Origin: an uncultured Bacteroidota bacterium
GTDB taxonomy: Bacteria; Bacteroidota; Bacteroidia; Bacteroidales; GCA-2748055
Length of the DNA stretch: 64,000 nucleotides
Assembly (NCBI GenBank): GCA_963747365.1
Contig: CAVVFB010000001.1
Location: 147,165-211,164, forward strand
Direction of reading: 5' to 3'
The notes beneath the pieces were generated by a model. It saw only the letters and a program-made list of their open reading frames with translations. It was not told where the DNA came from and ran no database searches. Of the stretch, positions 19,530-28,893 are shown in pieces. The translations under genes were made by a program, and so were the position numbers. How positions within the stretch are numbered: position 1 is the first letter of the stretch; each line of letters opens with the position of its first letter.

Positions 19530-19639
19530 TTTTTGAGAAACAGAAATTGTTAATGAGCCCTTATTGCGGAAATGTCATTTACCGTTGATGTTTTAGGAGG
19601 ATGCATCTGGATTGCTTATCTTGTTAAAAACGTTAGCAC

Positions 19640-20395
19640 ATGAAAATTGCGAATTACCAGACATTTAATCCGGACTGGAAAAAGAGTGAAATCAAGGAAA
19701 GAACGGAATCGATGCTCAAGGAGATTGGCGCATTGCAATACAAAATGTACGCCGAGCAAAAGCATAGTCTGCTGATTGTACTTCAGGGGCTGGATGCTTC
19801 AGGAAAAGATGGGCTTACACGTGAGCTCCTGAAGTACTGCAATCCGATCGGGATCCGAATAAAAGGATTCAAAAAGCCGACTCCCGACGAGTTTGCTCAT
19901 GATTTCCTCTGGCGCGTGCATCAGGCTGCTCCTGCCAAAGGGGACATCCAGCTTTTTATCCGGTCCCACTATGAAGATATCCTGGTTCCGTCTGTTGAGG
20001 GTTATTTCGCAGAAGTTCTGATTGATCAACGCTATGGACTGATCAATGATTTTGAGAAATTGTTGGAACACAACGACACCCATATTCTGAAATTCTTTCT
20101 AAATGTTTCTTTGGAGGTCCAGGAAGAACGATTAAGGGAAAGAATCGAATTGAAGGAGAAACACTGGAAACACAAGGATGGTGATTGGGAAACCCGAAAG
20201 AAGTTTCATAAATACCTGGAGGTGTATGAAAGGATCTTCCGGGAATGCAATGATATCCCATGGCACATGGTGCCGGCTGATAAAAACTGGCAAAAGCTTT
20301 ATTATGTGGCGAACGAAGTGTTAAAGACCCTGAAGAGTCTGAACCTCCAATGGCCGGAATTGCAATCCACCCTGTTTCAGGCGAAACAGCTCTGA
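19640..20395 (+). CDS. ppk2: Polyphosphate kinase 2 family (class III-like)
   Basis: QGLDASGKDG Walker A, FKKPT..E..HDFLWR, RSHYED, KHWK, PWH.VPAD. Confidence 0.9.
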   Translation: MKIANYQTFNPDWKKSEIKERTESMLKEIGALQYKMYAEQKHSLLIVLQGLDASGKDGLTRELLKYCNPIGIRIKGFKKPTPDEFAHDFLWRVHQAAPAKGDIQLFIRSHYEDILVPSVEGYFAEVLIDQRYGLINDFEKLLEHNDTHILKFFLNVSLEVQEERLRERIELKEKHWKHKDGDWETRKKFHKYLEVYERIFRECNDIPWHMVPADKNWQKLYYVANEVLKTLKSLNLQWPELQSTLFQAKQL

Positions 20396-20399
20396 GGAC

Positions 20400-21947
20400 C
20401 TACCTGCGGCGCCTGGTAGTGCTTACTCCAAGTGACCCTAATAGGCCGCGGGCAAGTTCGCGTGCCACGGTCCTTCCTACCTGCCTGACCATGGTGTTTT
20501 TACTCATTTGATCGATGAAACCATCGTCCTTCTTTTTTGGCCGGGCCTTTTCAAGTTCCTCTTTGAGCTTCACCTGATTTTCTTCCTTCTGAGATTCTTC
20601 AATTTTCTCTTTCAGGATTTCGTAGGCGGTCCTGGCATCGATGGTTTTATCGTACTTGGGAACTAACTTTGAGGAGATTACAACCGATTTGATCTCCGAA
20701 TCAGCCAGGATATCCATCCGTGTCATCGGTGCTCTCAAATAGGTCGCTGCCAGTGGTGTTGGAATTCCTTTTTCACTCAGCGCGGTGATTAAAGCTTCCC
20801 CGATACCCAGCGAGGTGAGTATCTCATCTGTATTGTAAAACCCGGAAATTGGGTAATTTTCAGCAGTTCGCTTGATGTTTTTCCTGTCATTTGCAGTAAA
20901 GGCACGCAGTGCATGCTGGACCTTTAATCCCAGCTGACCAAGTACATCATCAGGGATATCAGTAGGATCTTGTGTGCAGAAGAAGATGCCTACACCTTTG
21001 GATCGTATCAGTTTCACAATGGTTTCAATCTGCTCGGTGAGTGTATTTGATGCTTCTTTGAATACAAGGTGCGCTTCATCAATGAAAATGGCCAGCTTTG
21101 GTACATCGCTATCTCCCTGCTCCGGGAAGGATGAATAGATTTCTGCCAACAAACTTAACATGAAGGTAGAAAACAATTTAGGCTTGTTTTGAATGTCTAA
21201 AAGTCTGATGATTGATATGTATCCGTTCCCATGATGGTCCTGCCGCACCAGATCATACACATCAAAGGAAGGCTCTCCAAAGAATTGATTTGCACCTTGC
21301 TGTTCCAGCTCGATGATGTTTCGTATGATGGTATTTACCGTACTTGATGCAATGGCCCCGTATTCTGAATTTATAAGTTCCTGTCCTTCATTGATTGAGT
21401 ATTGTAGTATTTTTTTAAAATCCTGAAGGTCAATAAGGGGTAATTGGTTATCATCACAGTATTTGAATAAAATGGAGACAACACCTGACTGAACATCGTT
21501 GAGCTCCATTAATTTAGATATGAGTACAGGTCCGAATTCAGTCACTGTTGCCCGCAGCTTTACACCGTCGCTATTTGAAATGGTCATCAACTCAACAGGC
21601 ATTGGTTTGGCTTCATAGGGGAATCCTATTTTCTGATGCCTCTCTGTGATGAATTCTTTTTCTTCACCCGGCTGGGCCAATCCACTCAGATCTCCTTTCA
21701 AATCCATCAATATTACGGGAACACCTTTTTCCGAAAGTTGTTCGGCGATGATCTGCAGCGTTTTTGTTTTCCCGGTTCCGGTTGCCCCTGCGATTAACCC
21801 ATGCCGGTTAATGGTCTTTAAGGGCACTTTGACATAGGTTTCCGGCAAGCACTCGCCATCAAGCATCGCTCCACCCAAAACAATAAAGTCGCCCTTGCAA
21901 GTGTAGCCTTTGTCAATATGTTCCTTGAATTCTTGTTTTCTTTCCAT
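20400..21947 (-). CDS. HerA-like ATPase, DUF853/YjgR family
   Basis: NRHGLIAGATGTGKTKTLQ, DLKGDLSG, FIDEAHL, RSKGVG.FF.TQ.P.D, QHALRAFT. Confidence 0.9.
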   Translation of the reverse strand: MERKQEFKEHIDKGYTCKGDFIVLGGAMLDGECLPETYVKVPLKTINRHGLIAGATGTGKTKTLQIIAEQLSEKGVPVILMDLKGDLSGLAQPGEEKEFITERHQKIGFPYEAKPMPVELMTISNSDGVKLRATVTEFGPVLISKLMELNDVQSGVVSILFKYCDDNQLPLIDLQDFKKILQYSINEGQELINSEYGAIASSTVNTIIRNIIELEQQGANQFFGEPSFDVYDLVRQDHHGNGYISIIRLLDIQNKPKLFSTFMLSLLAEIYSSFPEQGDSDVPKLAIFIDEAHLVFKEASNTLTEQIETIVKLIRSKGVGIFFCTQDPTDIPDDVLGQLGLKVQHALRAFTANDRKNIKRTAENYPISGFYNTDEILTSLGIGEALITALSEKGIPTPLAATYLRAPMTRMDILADSEIKSVVISSKLVPKYDKTIDARTAYEILKEKIEESQKEENQVKLKEELEKARPKKKDDGFIDQMSKNTMVRQVGRTVARELARGLLGSLGVSTTRRRR

Positions 21948-21977
21948 TACTGTATTCGTTTATGAAAAATGGGTACA

Positions 21978-22796
21978 CTACTTTGACATTTCAATCAGTC
22001 TGCTTATTCGGTTTTCCATGGGCGGGTGGGTGCTCAATAAACTTTGAAAACCCCCATGAAAGGGATTCACAATGAATAGATGACTGTCGGCCTGACTTCC
22101 GCTGGAGATTGGATTTAAAGCCACTCCCTTACCGAGCTTGTTTAGTGCATTTGCCAGTCCTAAGGGTTTTCCGGATATGGTTGCGCCCCCTTTATCGGCG
22201 GCATATTCTCTATCCCTTGAAATAGCCATATGCATTAACAGTGCGGCAAAGGGTAGCAATAACAATCCTATCAGGACCAATGGATTCTTGTTTCTCGAGG
22301 TGGCACCGTACCTTCCTATTTGCCCTAAAAGTGTAATGGCCCCCACAATGGTTGCTGCAACTGTACTTGTTAAGGTATCCCTGTTTTTTACATGGCTCAG
22401 CTCATGGGCCATGACGCCTTCTAATTCATCATCAGTAAGTAATTGAAGGATGCCTTCCGTGGCAGCAACTGCTGCATGGTTTGGATCTCTTCCGGTAGCA
22501 AAAGCATTTGGCGTTTTTTCAGGAATCAGATATACCTTCGGCATTGGTAAATCGGCAGCGGCTGCAAGTTTCCCGACCATATTATACAGGCGAGGGTTTT
22601 CAGTACTGTTGACTTCCCGGGCTCTGTATCTTTTCAATACTATTTTATCGCTGAACCAGTAGCTGATGATATTCATAAAAAAGGATACTACAAAAGCAAT
22701 GATCGCTCCTTGCATACCGCCTATCCAACCTCCTGCAACGATGAGCATGACAGATAGTATGGACAGAAAGAGAAATGTTTTGAAGCTGCCTTTCAT
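21978..22796 (-). CDS. htpX: Zinc metalloprotease HtpX (M48)
   Basis: PNAFATGRDP, AHELSH (HEXXH), SRDREYAAD, STHPP. Confidence 0.9.
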   Translation of the reverse strand: MKGSFKTFLFLSILSVMLIVAGGWIGGMQGAIIAFVVSFFMNIISYWFSDKIVLKRYRAREVNSTENPRLYNMVGKLAAAADLPMPKVYLIPEKTPNAFATGRDPNHAAVAATEGILQLLTDDELEGVMAHELSHVKNRDTLTSTVAATIVGAITLLGQIGRYGATSRNKNPLVLIGLLLLPFAALLMHMAISRDREYAADKGGATISGKPLGLANALNKLGKGVALNPISSGSQADSHLFIVNPFHGGFQSLLSTHPPMENRISRLIEMSK

Positions 22797-22936
22797 CTTA
22801 TTGTTGTTAAGAGTTTATAAAATAACTATCCAGGTTGACCTGGATGGATCATTTCGTTAAATTACTACTATTCTGCATATTTTTTTACCCCCTCTACAAA
22901 TTAAAGCAAGTTGATTTGCCTATTTTAAGGACATAA

Positions 22937-22970
22937 TGTTAAATATATTTAACAAAAAGTTATATATTTG
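22937..22970 (+). promoter_or_regulatory. Palindromic operator and -7 promoter element of the XRE/hipB-like gene
   Basis: Perfect 18-bp palindrome TGTTAAATATATTTAACA (22937-22954), then TATATTTG (22963-22970). Confidence 0.55.
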
Positions 22971-22988
22971 TAAAATATAATTAATGTT

Positions 22989-23309
22989 ATGACGAAAAAG
23001 AAAATAATAATACTACCTAAGACAAGCAGGATTCTTAATGAAATGGGGGATAATATTAAACTTGCACGATTAAGGAGAAAGTTAAGTATGGAGCAGGTCT
23101 CTGAACGTGCAAATATTAGTAGACCAACTCTGGTGGCCATCGAGAAGGGTTCCCCAACAGTAAGTCTTGGATCATACTTACTTGTACTGCAAGTATTGGG
23201 CTTAGAAAAGGATTTCCTTCATATTGCAAAAGATGATGAGTTAGGTAGAAAACTACAAGATGCTCAGATTAGTACAAAAGAGCGTGCACCAAAAAGAAAG
23301 AATTTATAA
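22989..23309 (+). CDS. XRE-family HTH protein, HipB-like antitoxin
   Basis: GDNIKLARLRRKLS.EQV.ERA.ISR.TL..IEKG.P.VSLG.YL.VL..LGL..D...DDELGRKLQD; translationally coupled (TAATG) to a hipA-like stub. Confidence 0.8.
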   Translation: MTKKKIIILPKTSRILNEMGDNIKLARLRRKLSMEQVSERANISRPTLVAIEKGSPTVSLGSYLLVLQVLGLEKDFLHIAKDDELGRKLQDAQISTKERAPKRKNL

Positions 23310-23422
23310 TGGTCAGACAGGACAATAAACGAAGAGTATTTGTATACGCACATTGGAGAGATATGAGTAAACCAATGTTGATGGGGGATATGAAGAATCT
23401 AAAAAATCGCTACAATGAATGA
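23309..23422 (+). pseudogene. N-terminal stub of a HipA-like toxin
   Basis: Own translation: MVRQDNKRRVFVYAHWRDMSKPMLMG then DMKNLKNRYNE*. VYAHW...P..MG resembles the start of Bacteroidetes HipA proteins; no kinase domain follows. Confidence 0.6.
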
Positions 23423-23999
23423 TATGATAGATTTTGATATGATTTTGCAAACAGATAGAGTTGTTTTACGTCCATTAATTCCAGGTGACTACAAATCATT
23501 TGATAAATTAACTGAGGATAAAGCTATGTGGATTTTTTTTACAAGTGATTTATCAGAAAAAGCTGTATTAAAGGAGTGGATTGATAATGCTATTGTGGAT
23601 ATCAAAAATAAAATTCGATTAGCATTAACGATAATTGATACATCAACAGGCAATCCAATTGGGTCGACAAGCATTGGGAATATTTCGTTCAAAGACAAAA
23701 GAGCGGAAATTGGTTGGACATGGATCGCAAAGGATTTTCAAGGTACAGGCATTAACAATCAGATAAAATATTTGATGATTAAGTTTCTCATAGAAACATT
23801 AGATTTTGAACGGGTTGAATTTAAGACAGATCTATTAAATAGGCCCGCAAGAAGAGCCTTACTTCGAATAGGTGCGAAAGAAGAAGGCGTTTTGCGGAGT
23901 CATACGTTGATGACACATAATCGACGGCGAGATACTATATATTATAGCATTTTGAAATCAGAATGGAGTGAAATTAAGATGAAAAATAACTGGCGGTAA
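23415..23999 (+). CDS. GNAT N-acetyltransferase (RimJ/RimL-like)
   Basis: AEIGWTWI...QGTGIN, RVEFKTD..N..AR.AL.RIGAKEEGVLR.H, RDT.YYSIL..EW. Confidence 0.88.
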   Translation: MNDMIDFDMILQTDRVVLRPLIPGDYKSFDKLTEDKAMWIFFTSDLSEKAVLKEWIDNAIVDIKNKIRLALTIIDTSTGNPIGSTSIGNISFKDKRAEIGWTWIAKDFQGTGINNQIKYLMIKFLIETLDFERVEFKTDLLNRPARRALLRIGAKEEGVLRSHTLMTHNRRRDTIYYSILKSEWSEIKMKNNWR

Positions 24000-24033
24000 C
24001 AGCTAAACGCAATTTGCCCGATTGCAGGAACGT

Positions 24034-24657
24034 TTAAAAGTGGAAGTTGATCGAGAAGACACCAAGTGGACCTAATACGGCGTAAGCACCTTTCTCGGTA
24101 CGAGTAGTATTGGTCGGGGAATTGAGGTTTTCTTCAAAGGTTTCTTTTGCGTAGCCAATGTCAAGATATGTTTCTGTTGAGATGGAAATGGATTTTGTGA
24201 CAAACACTTTCAATCCCAAAAATGGACGAATGCTATAATTGGTAGCTATCCTTTCTTGAAACCGGTAGTAATCGATACTCTCGTTTGTGTCTTCCAACGT
24301 ACTCTTAAAAAAGTCTGTCACCAAATCTGTACCATACTGCAACTGAAGACGTTTGAAATTTTGATGCCATTCATAACCAATACGTGGAGAAATACTGTAA
24401 TAATAGTGGGTTTGTATTGCACCGTTATCGTTATCCGAATTAGAAGTAGAGAATCCAAAACCTGTTCCGAATCTCCATGCTCCGTTCTTAGCCATTCGTT
24501 TATATCCGATGCCTAAGTCGGAGAAGTTGTTTAGTTCGAAGGCATTGAAGAATCCGAAGTTTAACTCATTTTTCTTGTCCGTAAATGATTCAGCACCCTG
24601 GGAATGCACAGGTAATATAAACGCAAATGCGGCAATAATAATTAGCAATTGTTTCAT
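24034..24657 (-). CDS. Outer-membrane beta-barrel protein (hypothetical)
   Basis: Signal peptide, alternating aromatic beta-strands, C-terminal ...SINFHF. Confidence 0.65.
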   Translation of the reverse strand: MKQLLIIIAAFAFILPVHSQGAESFTDKKNELNFGFFNAFELNNFSDLGIGYKRMAKNGAWRFGTGFGFSTSNSDNDNGAIQTHYYYSISPRIGYEWHQNFKRLQLQYGTDLVTDFFKSTLEDTNESIDYYRFQERIATNYSIRPFLGLKVFVTKSISISTETYLDIGYAKETFEENLNSPTNTTRTEKGAYAVLGPLGVFSINFHF

Positions 24658-24850
24658 GGGTGATATGTTTAGGGTGAATAAAAAATTGTTATTGATTATG
24701 GATAATCAATAATTGCGCCAAAAATGATTCTGCTAATGCTGGTTGTGAAACAGAGAGGCAGGATTGTGAGACGATTAACCGTCTATTGAGAATAGAAAAT
24801 ATATGCTAAAAGTTGCTAATTCAAATGGAAACAAATAAATTTACATTGTT

Positions 24851-26092
24851 ATGGATAAGCAAATTTTGAAAGAAGTATTATTGGATCAGAGAGCTTTACG
24901 TCTAAAACCAGATGATGTATTGCGTCATCAGTCATTTGTAGAAGATAGTGAAGTTGTCGTATTATCAGGAGTTCGACGTTGTGGAAAATCAACATTGTTA
25001 CAGGAAATCAGGTCAAAGCAGAACGAATCGGATTATTTCTTCAATTTTGATGATGATCGGGTATTGAAATTTACGGTTAACGATTTTCAAATTCTTACAG
25101 AATTGTTCATTGAGCTTTTCGGTACTCAAAACACCTACTATTTTGACGAGATACAAAATATAGAAGGGTGGGAACGTTACATAAGGCGACTCAGGGATTA
25201 TGGTAGTAAGGTTTTTATAACTGGTTCGAATGCTTCTATGTTAAGCCGGGAATTAGGGACTCACTTAACCGGGAGGTACGTCAGACGAGAATTATTCCCT
25301 TTTTCTTTTAGAGAATTTCTAAGACTTAAAGATGTGGATTATCCGGAACCAGGATTATTGTCAACAAATGAAAAAGCCTTATTAAAGGGGCATTTCAATT
25401 CATACTTTGAATCGGGAGGATTTCCGGACTTTTTAAAGTCAGGTAATAAGGAATATCTCAAGTCACTCTATGAAAGTGTATTGTACAGGGATGTGATGGT
25501 TCGGAATAACCTTACAAATGAAAAAGAATTGCTGGAACTGGTTTATTATATTTCCAGTAATGTAGGTAAACTCATGTCATATAATAGTCTGGCAAAGGTG
25601 GTTGGTGTAAAAAATGCAACCACAATAAGCAATTATATTGCGTTTCTGCAGGATAGTTATTTGGTTTTTATGGTAAATAAGTATGATGTGTCTCTGAAGA
25701 AACAAATTCAAAATGCAAAAAAGGGATATCTTATAGATTTAGGTTTGCTTCGAACGCTTGCTTTTCATCATACAGAAGATAATGGTCGTCTGTTGGAAAA
25801 TCTTGTTTTTCTTGAACTTAAAAGGAAAGGGAAGGAGATATATTACCATCATCAAAAAAAAGAGTGTGATTTTGTAATCAGGGAAAAATCAAAAATAGTA
25901 GAAGCCATACAAGTTTCCTGGAGCATTGAAGTTGAATCGACTTACAATCGGGAAATGGCCGGACTGTTGGATGCTGTAAATACTTACGGATTGAAAGAAG
26001 GATTAATACTTACGGAATCAATGGAACGTGAATTAGAAGTTGAGGGTGTGAGAATCAGGATAAAACCTGTGTGGAAGTGGATGCTGGAATAA
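24851..26092 (+). CDS. AAA_14 ATPase with DUF4143 domain
   Basis: GVRRCGKST, FDEIQ, ITGSNA, TGR, GGFP, K.YLIDLG, LLENLVF.EL, ECDFV. Confidence 0.88.
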   Translation: MDKQILKEVLLDQRALRLKPDDVLRHQSFVEDSEVVVLSGVRRCGKSTLLQEIRSKQNESDYFFNFDDDRVLKFTVNDFQILTELFIELFGTQNTYYFDEIQNIEGWERYIRRLRDYGSKVFITGSNASMLSRELGTHLTGRYVRRELFPFSFREFLRLKDVDYPEPGLLSTNEKALLKGHFNSYFESGGFPDFLKSGNKEYLKSLYESVLYRDVMVRNNLTNEKELLELVYYISSNVGKLMSYNSLAKVVGVKNATTISNYIAFLQDSYLVFMVNKYDVSLKKQIQNAKKGYLIDLGLLRTLAFHHTEDNGRLLENLVFLELKRKGKEIYYHHQKKECDFVIREKSKIVEAIQVSWSIEVESTYNREMAGLLDAVNTYGLKEGLILTESMERELEVEGVRIRIKPVWKWMLE

Positions 26093-26153
26093 AGATGATG
26101 CTTATTCCAAAGGGTGTGCAATTCAGGTGTGCATTTTTATTATTTGATTATGG

Positions 26154-26276
26154 CTATAATTCGTTGGCAGGAATCCTGACAACTTTCCTTTCCTTTTTGA
26201 ATTTTATAAGCCTTTTATGGGTAAGCTCCATTCCTTTCAGGATTTTTTCCCTGATAGGATTATTTTCCTTGGTCAT
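26154..26276 (-). CDS. Small basic hypothetical protein (40 aa), possibly a degraded remnant
   Basis: Own translation MTKENNPIREKILKGMELTHKRLIKFKKERKVVRIPANEL; below the ORF-track cutoff. Confidence 0.35.
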   Translation of the reverse strand: MTKENNPIREKILKGMELTHKRLIKFKKERKVVRIPANEL

Positions 26277-27306
26277 GTTTTAGTTTTTTGATTTTTTCAA
26301 GTTTGCTTTCATTTAAAATCTCGAATTCTCCTTCGGTATAGCCTTCAATATAGGTTAATTTCTTGTTAAGAGATTAATCAGTGTCAGCATTCCAATTCTC
26401 CAGCGATCTCCTTAACTTTCATATACATAATGGTATTCGACTAAGTATGAAGCATAAAGAGATCTATAAAGAGTATCAGGAAGGGAAAATTTCTCATCGT
26501 TTCTTATATCCAATGCCGGTTACTAATTATCTAAGGACGATTGGACAAGAAACCACCAATATTGATGCTTTTTAAGTTTGATAGTATTATACTGATAAAT
26601 TCAAATAATATCTAATTTAGTAATGCCATCAACCCCAACATCATGAAGCTTCATATGCACACGGCGTTCGACAGAAGGATAGCAAAGTATATAATTCAAA
26701 AGTTAAGCCCTTTTATACTCTTCATTCTTATTATTTCTTGCGAACGTCTACCTAAGCGTCCCTTATCTTCGGATGAAATTTTTCGATATTCCGCAGGAGA
26801 TACAATTGTATATAAAAGCAATTTCAGCAATTTGAACAAATTGGTTATTGATAAAGTAAGGAGAGGTTTTGCAGATGATACTTATACCTCGTACGCCTCA
26901 TACCAGTATGAGTATCAGGAAGTATATCAGCATTTTCTGCATGATGAAATAAATTTAAGGACATATGATTCACTATTTGCGCTTAGCAGAGAGTGTTATT
27001 TGGCTATTCATCCTGACTGGTGCGACAGCCTGGAAAGCTTTGAACCTTATGATATGAAGGTTGTTTTTTATTCAGCTACCGATTTGATTTATCACACGGA
27101 AATTCGTTGGAAAGGGCGGTATTTTGAAGTACTCCCTATTCTTAGGACCACTCTTGGTTATTTCTTAATTGATTATAAAAGTAATGATGATGATGTATTT
27201 CAGTGTTACATAACCGGAAATAACTCGCAGAGTTATTCTGGTTATTAACACCTTTTCTTTTTTGCCTACTTTTTTCTTTTGTCAATAACTCCATTTTCTG
27301 TTAATA

Positions 27307-28134
27307 TCATGCTGCTGGTTTGTACAAATCTGCCGGGATCCTCCGTTCAATACCCTGATGATGCAAGTCGTGATTGTAATAGTGGATATACTCTTTTACA
27401 CCCTGGTACAGCTCCAGACCATCATTAGCCGGATGCAGGTATACATAATCATATTTCAATGATCTCCAGAACCTCTCAATGAAGATATTATCAATGGCTC
27501 TGCCTTTACCATCCATGCTGATCCGGATATCTTCCTCTTTCAGATATTCTACCCATTCTTCACAGGTGAACTGACTACCCTGGTCAGAGTTTATGATCTC
27601 TGGTTTTCCATGGTCCTTTATAGCCTGTTTCAGCACAGATAATGAAGCTTCTGCTTCAAGGGTATTGGATATCCCCCAGCCAACAATATATCGGCTGTAA
27701 ACATCAATAATGGCCGTTAAATATAAGAACCCGTTCTTCATGGGAATATACGTGATATCGATAGCCCACACCTGATTTGGCCGGTTTATGTCCAGGCCCT
27801 TCAACAGATAAGGATGAATATACTTCTTCAAACCCAGTTTGCTCAGATTCCTCTTTGGATATATGGCCATCAGACCCATCAGGCGAAGCAGTCTGCGAAC
27901 CCGTTTGTGATTAACCACAAAACCCAGGGCAAACAGCAAATCCTGCATCCGAATAACCCCTTCTGTCGGATGCTTCAGGTAATGTTCATCCATGATCCGC
28001 ATGATCTCAAGGTTTTCCTGGCTTTCTCCCTTTGGAGCATAATACAAACTACTTCTGTGGACAGATAAAAGATCACATTGCTTCCGAATACTCAATTCAT
28101 GCTGATTATCAACAAGATTCCGGCGCTGATTCAT
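27307..28134 (-). CDS. IS3 transposase OrfB (DDE integrase core)
   Basis: WAIDITYI, NSDQGSQF, IERFWRSLK. Confidence 0.93.
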   Translation of the reverse strand: MNQRRNLVDNQHELSIRKQCDLLSVHRSSLYYAPKGESQENLEIMRIMDEHYLKHPTEGVIRMQDLLFALGFVVNHKRVRRLLRLMGLMAIYPKRNLSKLGLKKYIHPYLLKGLDINRPNQVWAIDITYIPMKNGFLYLTAIIDVYSRYIVGWGISNTLEAEASLSVLKQAIKDHGKPEIINSDQGSQFTCEEWVEYLKEEDIRISMDGKGRAIDNIFIERFWRSLKYDYVYLHPANDGLELYQGVKEYIHYYNHDLHHQGIERRIPADLYKPAA

Positions 28135-28415
28135 AGTCCGGTCTTCTTTAAGCTTTTTTTTAGAAAGTCATTCTCTATTTCCAACTGCCCGATCTTGGCA
28201 TAGAGCTTCTCCGGATCAACTCCGGATTCCCCTTCGGATTTCTTGTCAAATACATCCGCTGATTTCTCCAGAAATTCCTGCTTCCATTTGCTGATCATGT
28301 TCGGATGTACTTCAAAACGCTTTGATAATTCAGCAAGAGATTCCCGCTCCTTGAGCGCTTCAATTGCTACCTTGGCCTTAAAGGCACTCGTAAATTTTCT
28401 TCTTGTCTTTTTCAT
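28131..28415 (-). CDS. IS3 transposase OrfA (HTH)
   Basis: RRKFTSAFKAKVAIEA...VHPNMISKWK; A8G slippery run at 28161-28153 near the orfA/orfB overlap (candidate -1 frameshift site). Confidence 0.9.
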   Translation of the reverse strand: MKKTRRKFTSAFKAKVAIEALKERESLAELSKRFEVHPNMISKWKQEFLEKSADVFDKKSEGESGVDPEKLYAKIGQLEIENDFLKKSLKKTGL

Positions 28416-28745
28416 AATTCACTGGTTAAAAATAATCCTTAAATTTCAACTTAACCAGTGGTCCTAATTTTGGGGAGTATTATGTTTCTTTTGTCGGGAT
28501 GAATTGCGAGTAAGTGATATAGAGCTGAATGGGAAAATCTATGGGAATGTTTATAAATACGTTAGAGAAGAGACTGATGTCGACTCGCTTAGAACTTTTG
28601 AAGCCCTCTATTTCAACCTCAATTTGGGTCTCCTGAAATATGAGAACAGAGACGGAGAGATATTTGAATTCCTGGAAGTTCGGTAAGTGCAGTATCTATA
28701 CGAAAGAAAGGTTCTCGTAACAACCGCCACAACAACAGCAAATAG

Positions 28746-28778
28746 AAAACCCCGCAAACATTGAGTTTGCGAGGCTTT
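28746..28778 (-). terminator. Hairpin/terminator 3' of tRNA-Glu
   Basis: Minus strand AAAGCCTCGCAAAC-TCAAT-GTTTGCGGGGTTTT. Confidence 0.55.
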
Positions 28779-28783
28779 ATGCG

Positions 28784-28855
28784 CAGTCCGTAGGGGAATC
28801 GAACCCCTGTTACCAGGATGAAAACCTGGCGTCCTAACCCCTAGACGAACGGACC
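28784..28855 (-). tRNA. tRNA-Glu (TTC), CCA not encoded
   Basis: GGTCCGTTCGTCTAGGGGTTAGGACGCCAGGTTTTCATCCTGGTAACAGGGGTTCGATTCCCCTACGGACTG: acceptor stem, anticodon arm CCAGG-TT-TTC-AT-CCTGG, GGTTCGATT T-loop. Confidence 0.97.
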
Positions 28856-28893
28856 GTAATCTTAAGAACACCGGTAAAATTCTAACCGGAGTG

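Larger units (their letters stand above)
27125..28484 (-). mobile_element. IS3-family insertion sequence, 1360 bp, with 3-bp TTT target duplication
   Basis: Imperfect terminal IRs TGAAGTACTCCCTATTCTTAGGACCACT and (reverse complement) CATAATACTCCCCAAAATTAGGACCACT; TTT at 27122-27124 and 28485-28487; orfA+orfB. Confidence 0.92.
26643..28686 (+). pseudogene. Lipoprotein gene interrupted by an IS3-family element
   Basis: LIIS-C lipobox; removing 27125-28484 plus one TTT copy joins ...KGRYF to FCRDELRVSDIEL...EVR* in frame (226 aa). Confidence 0.82.

Noticed and set aside
26381-26575. 64-aa plus-strand ORF
   Set aside because: No recognisable motif, GTG start, lies in decayed AT-rich sequence
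12700-28784. An intact integrative element or prophage at tRNA-Glu
   Set aside because: No integrase, phage or conjugation genes, and no att duplication found by eye
28608-28871. 87-aa minus-strand ORF
   Set aside because: Runs across the tRNA-Glu gene; spurious
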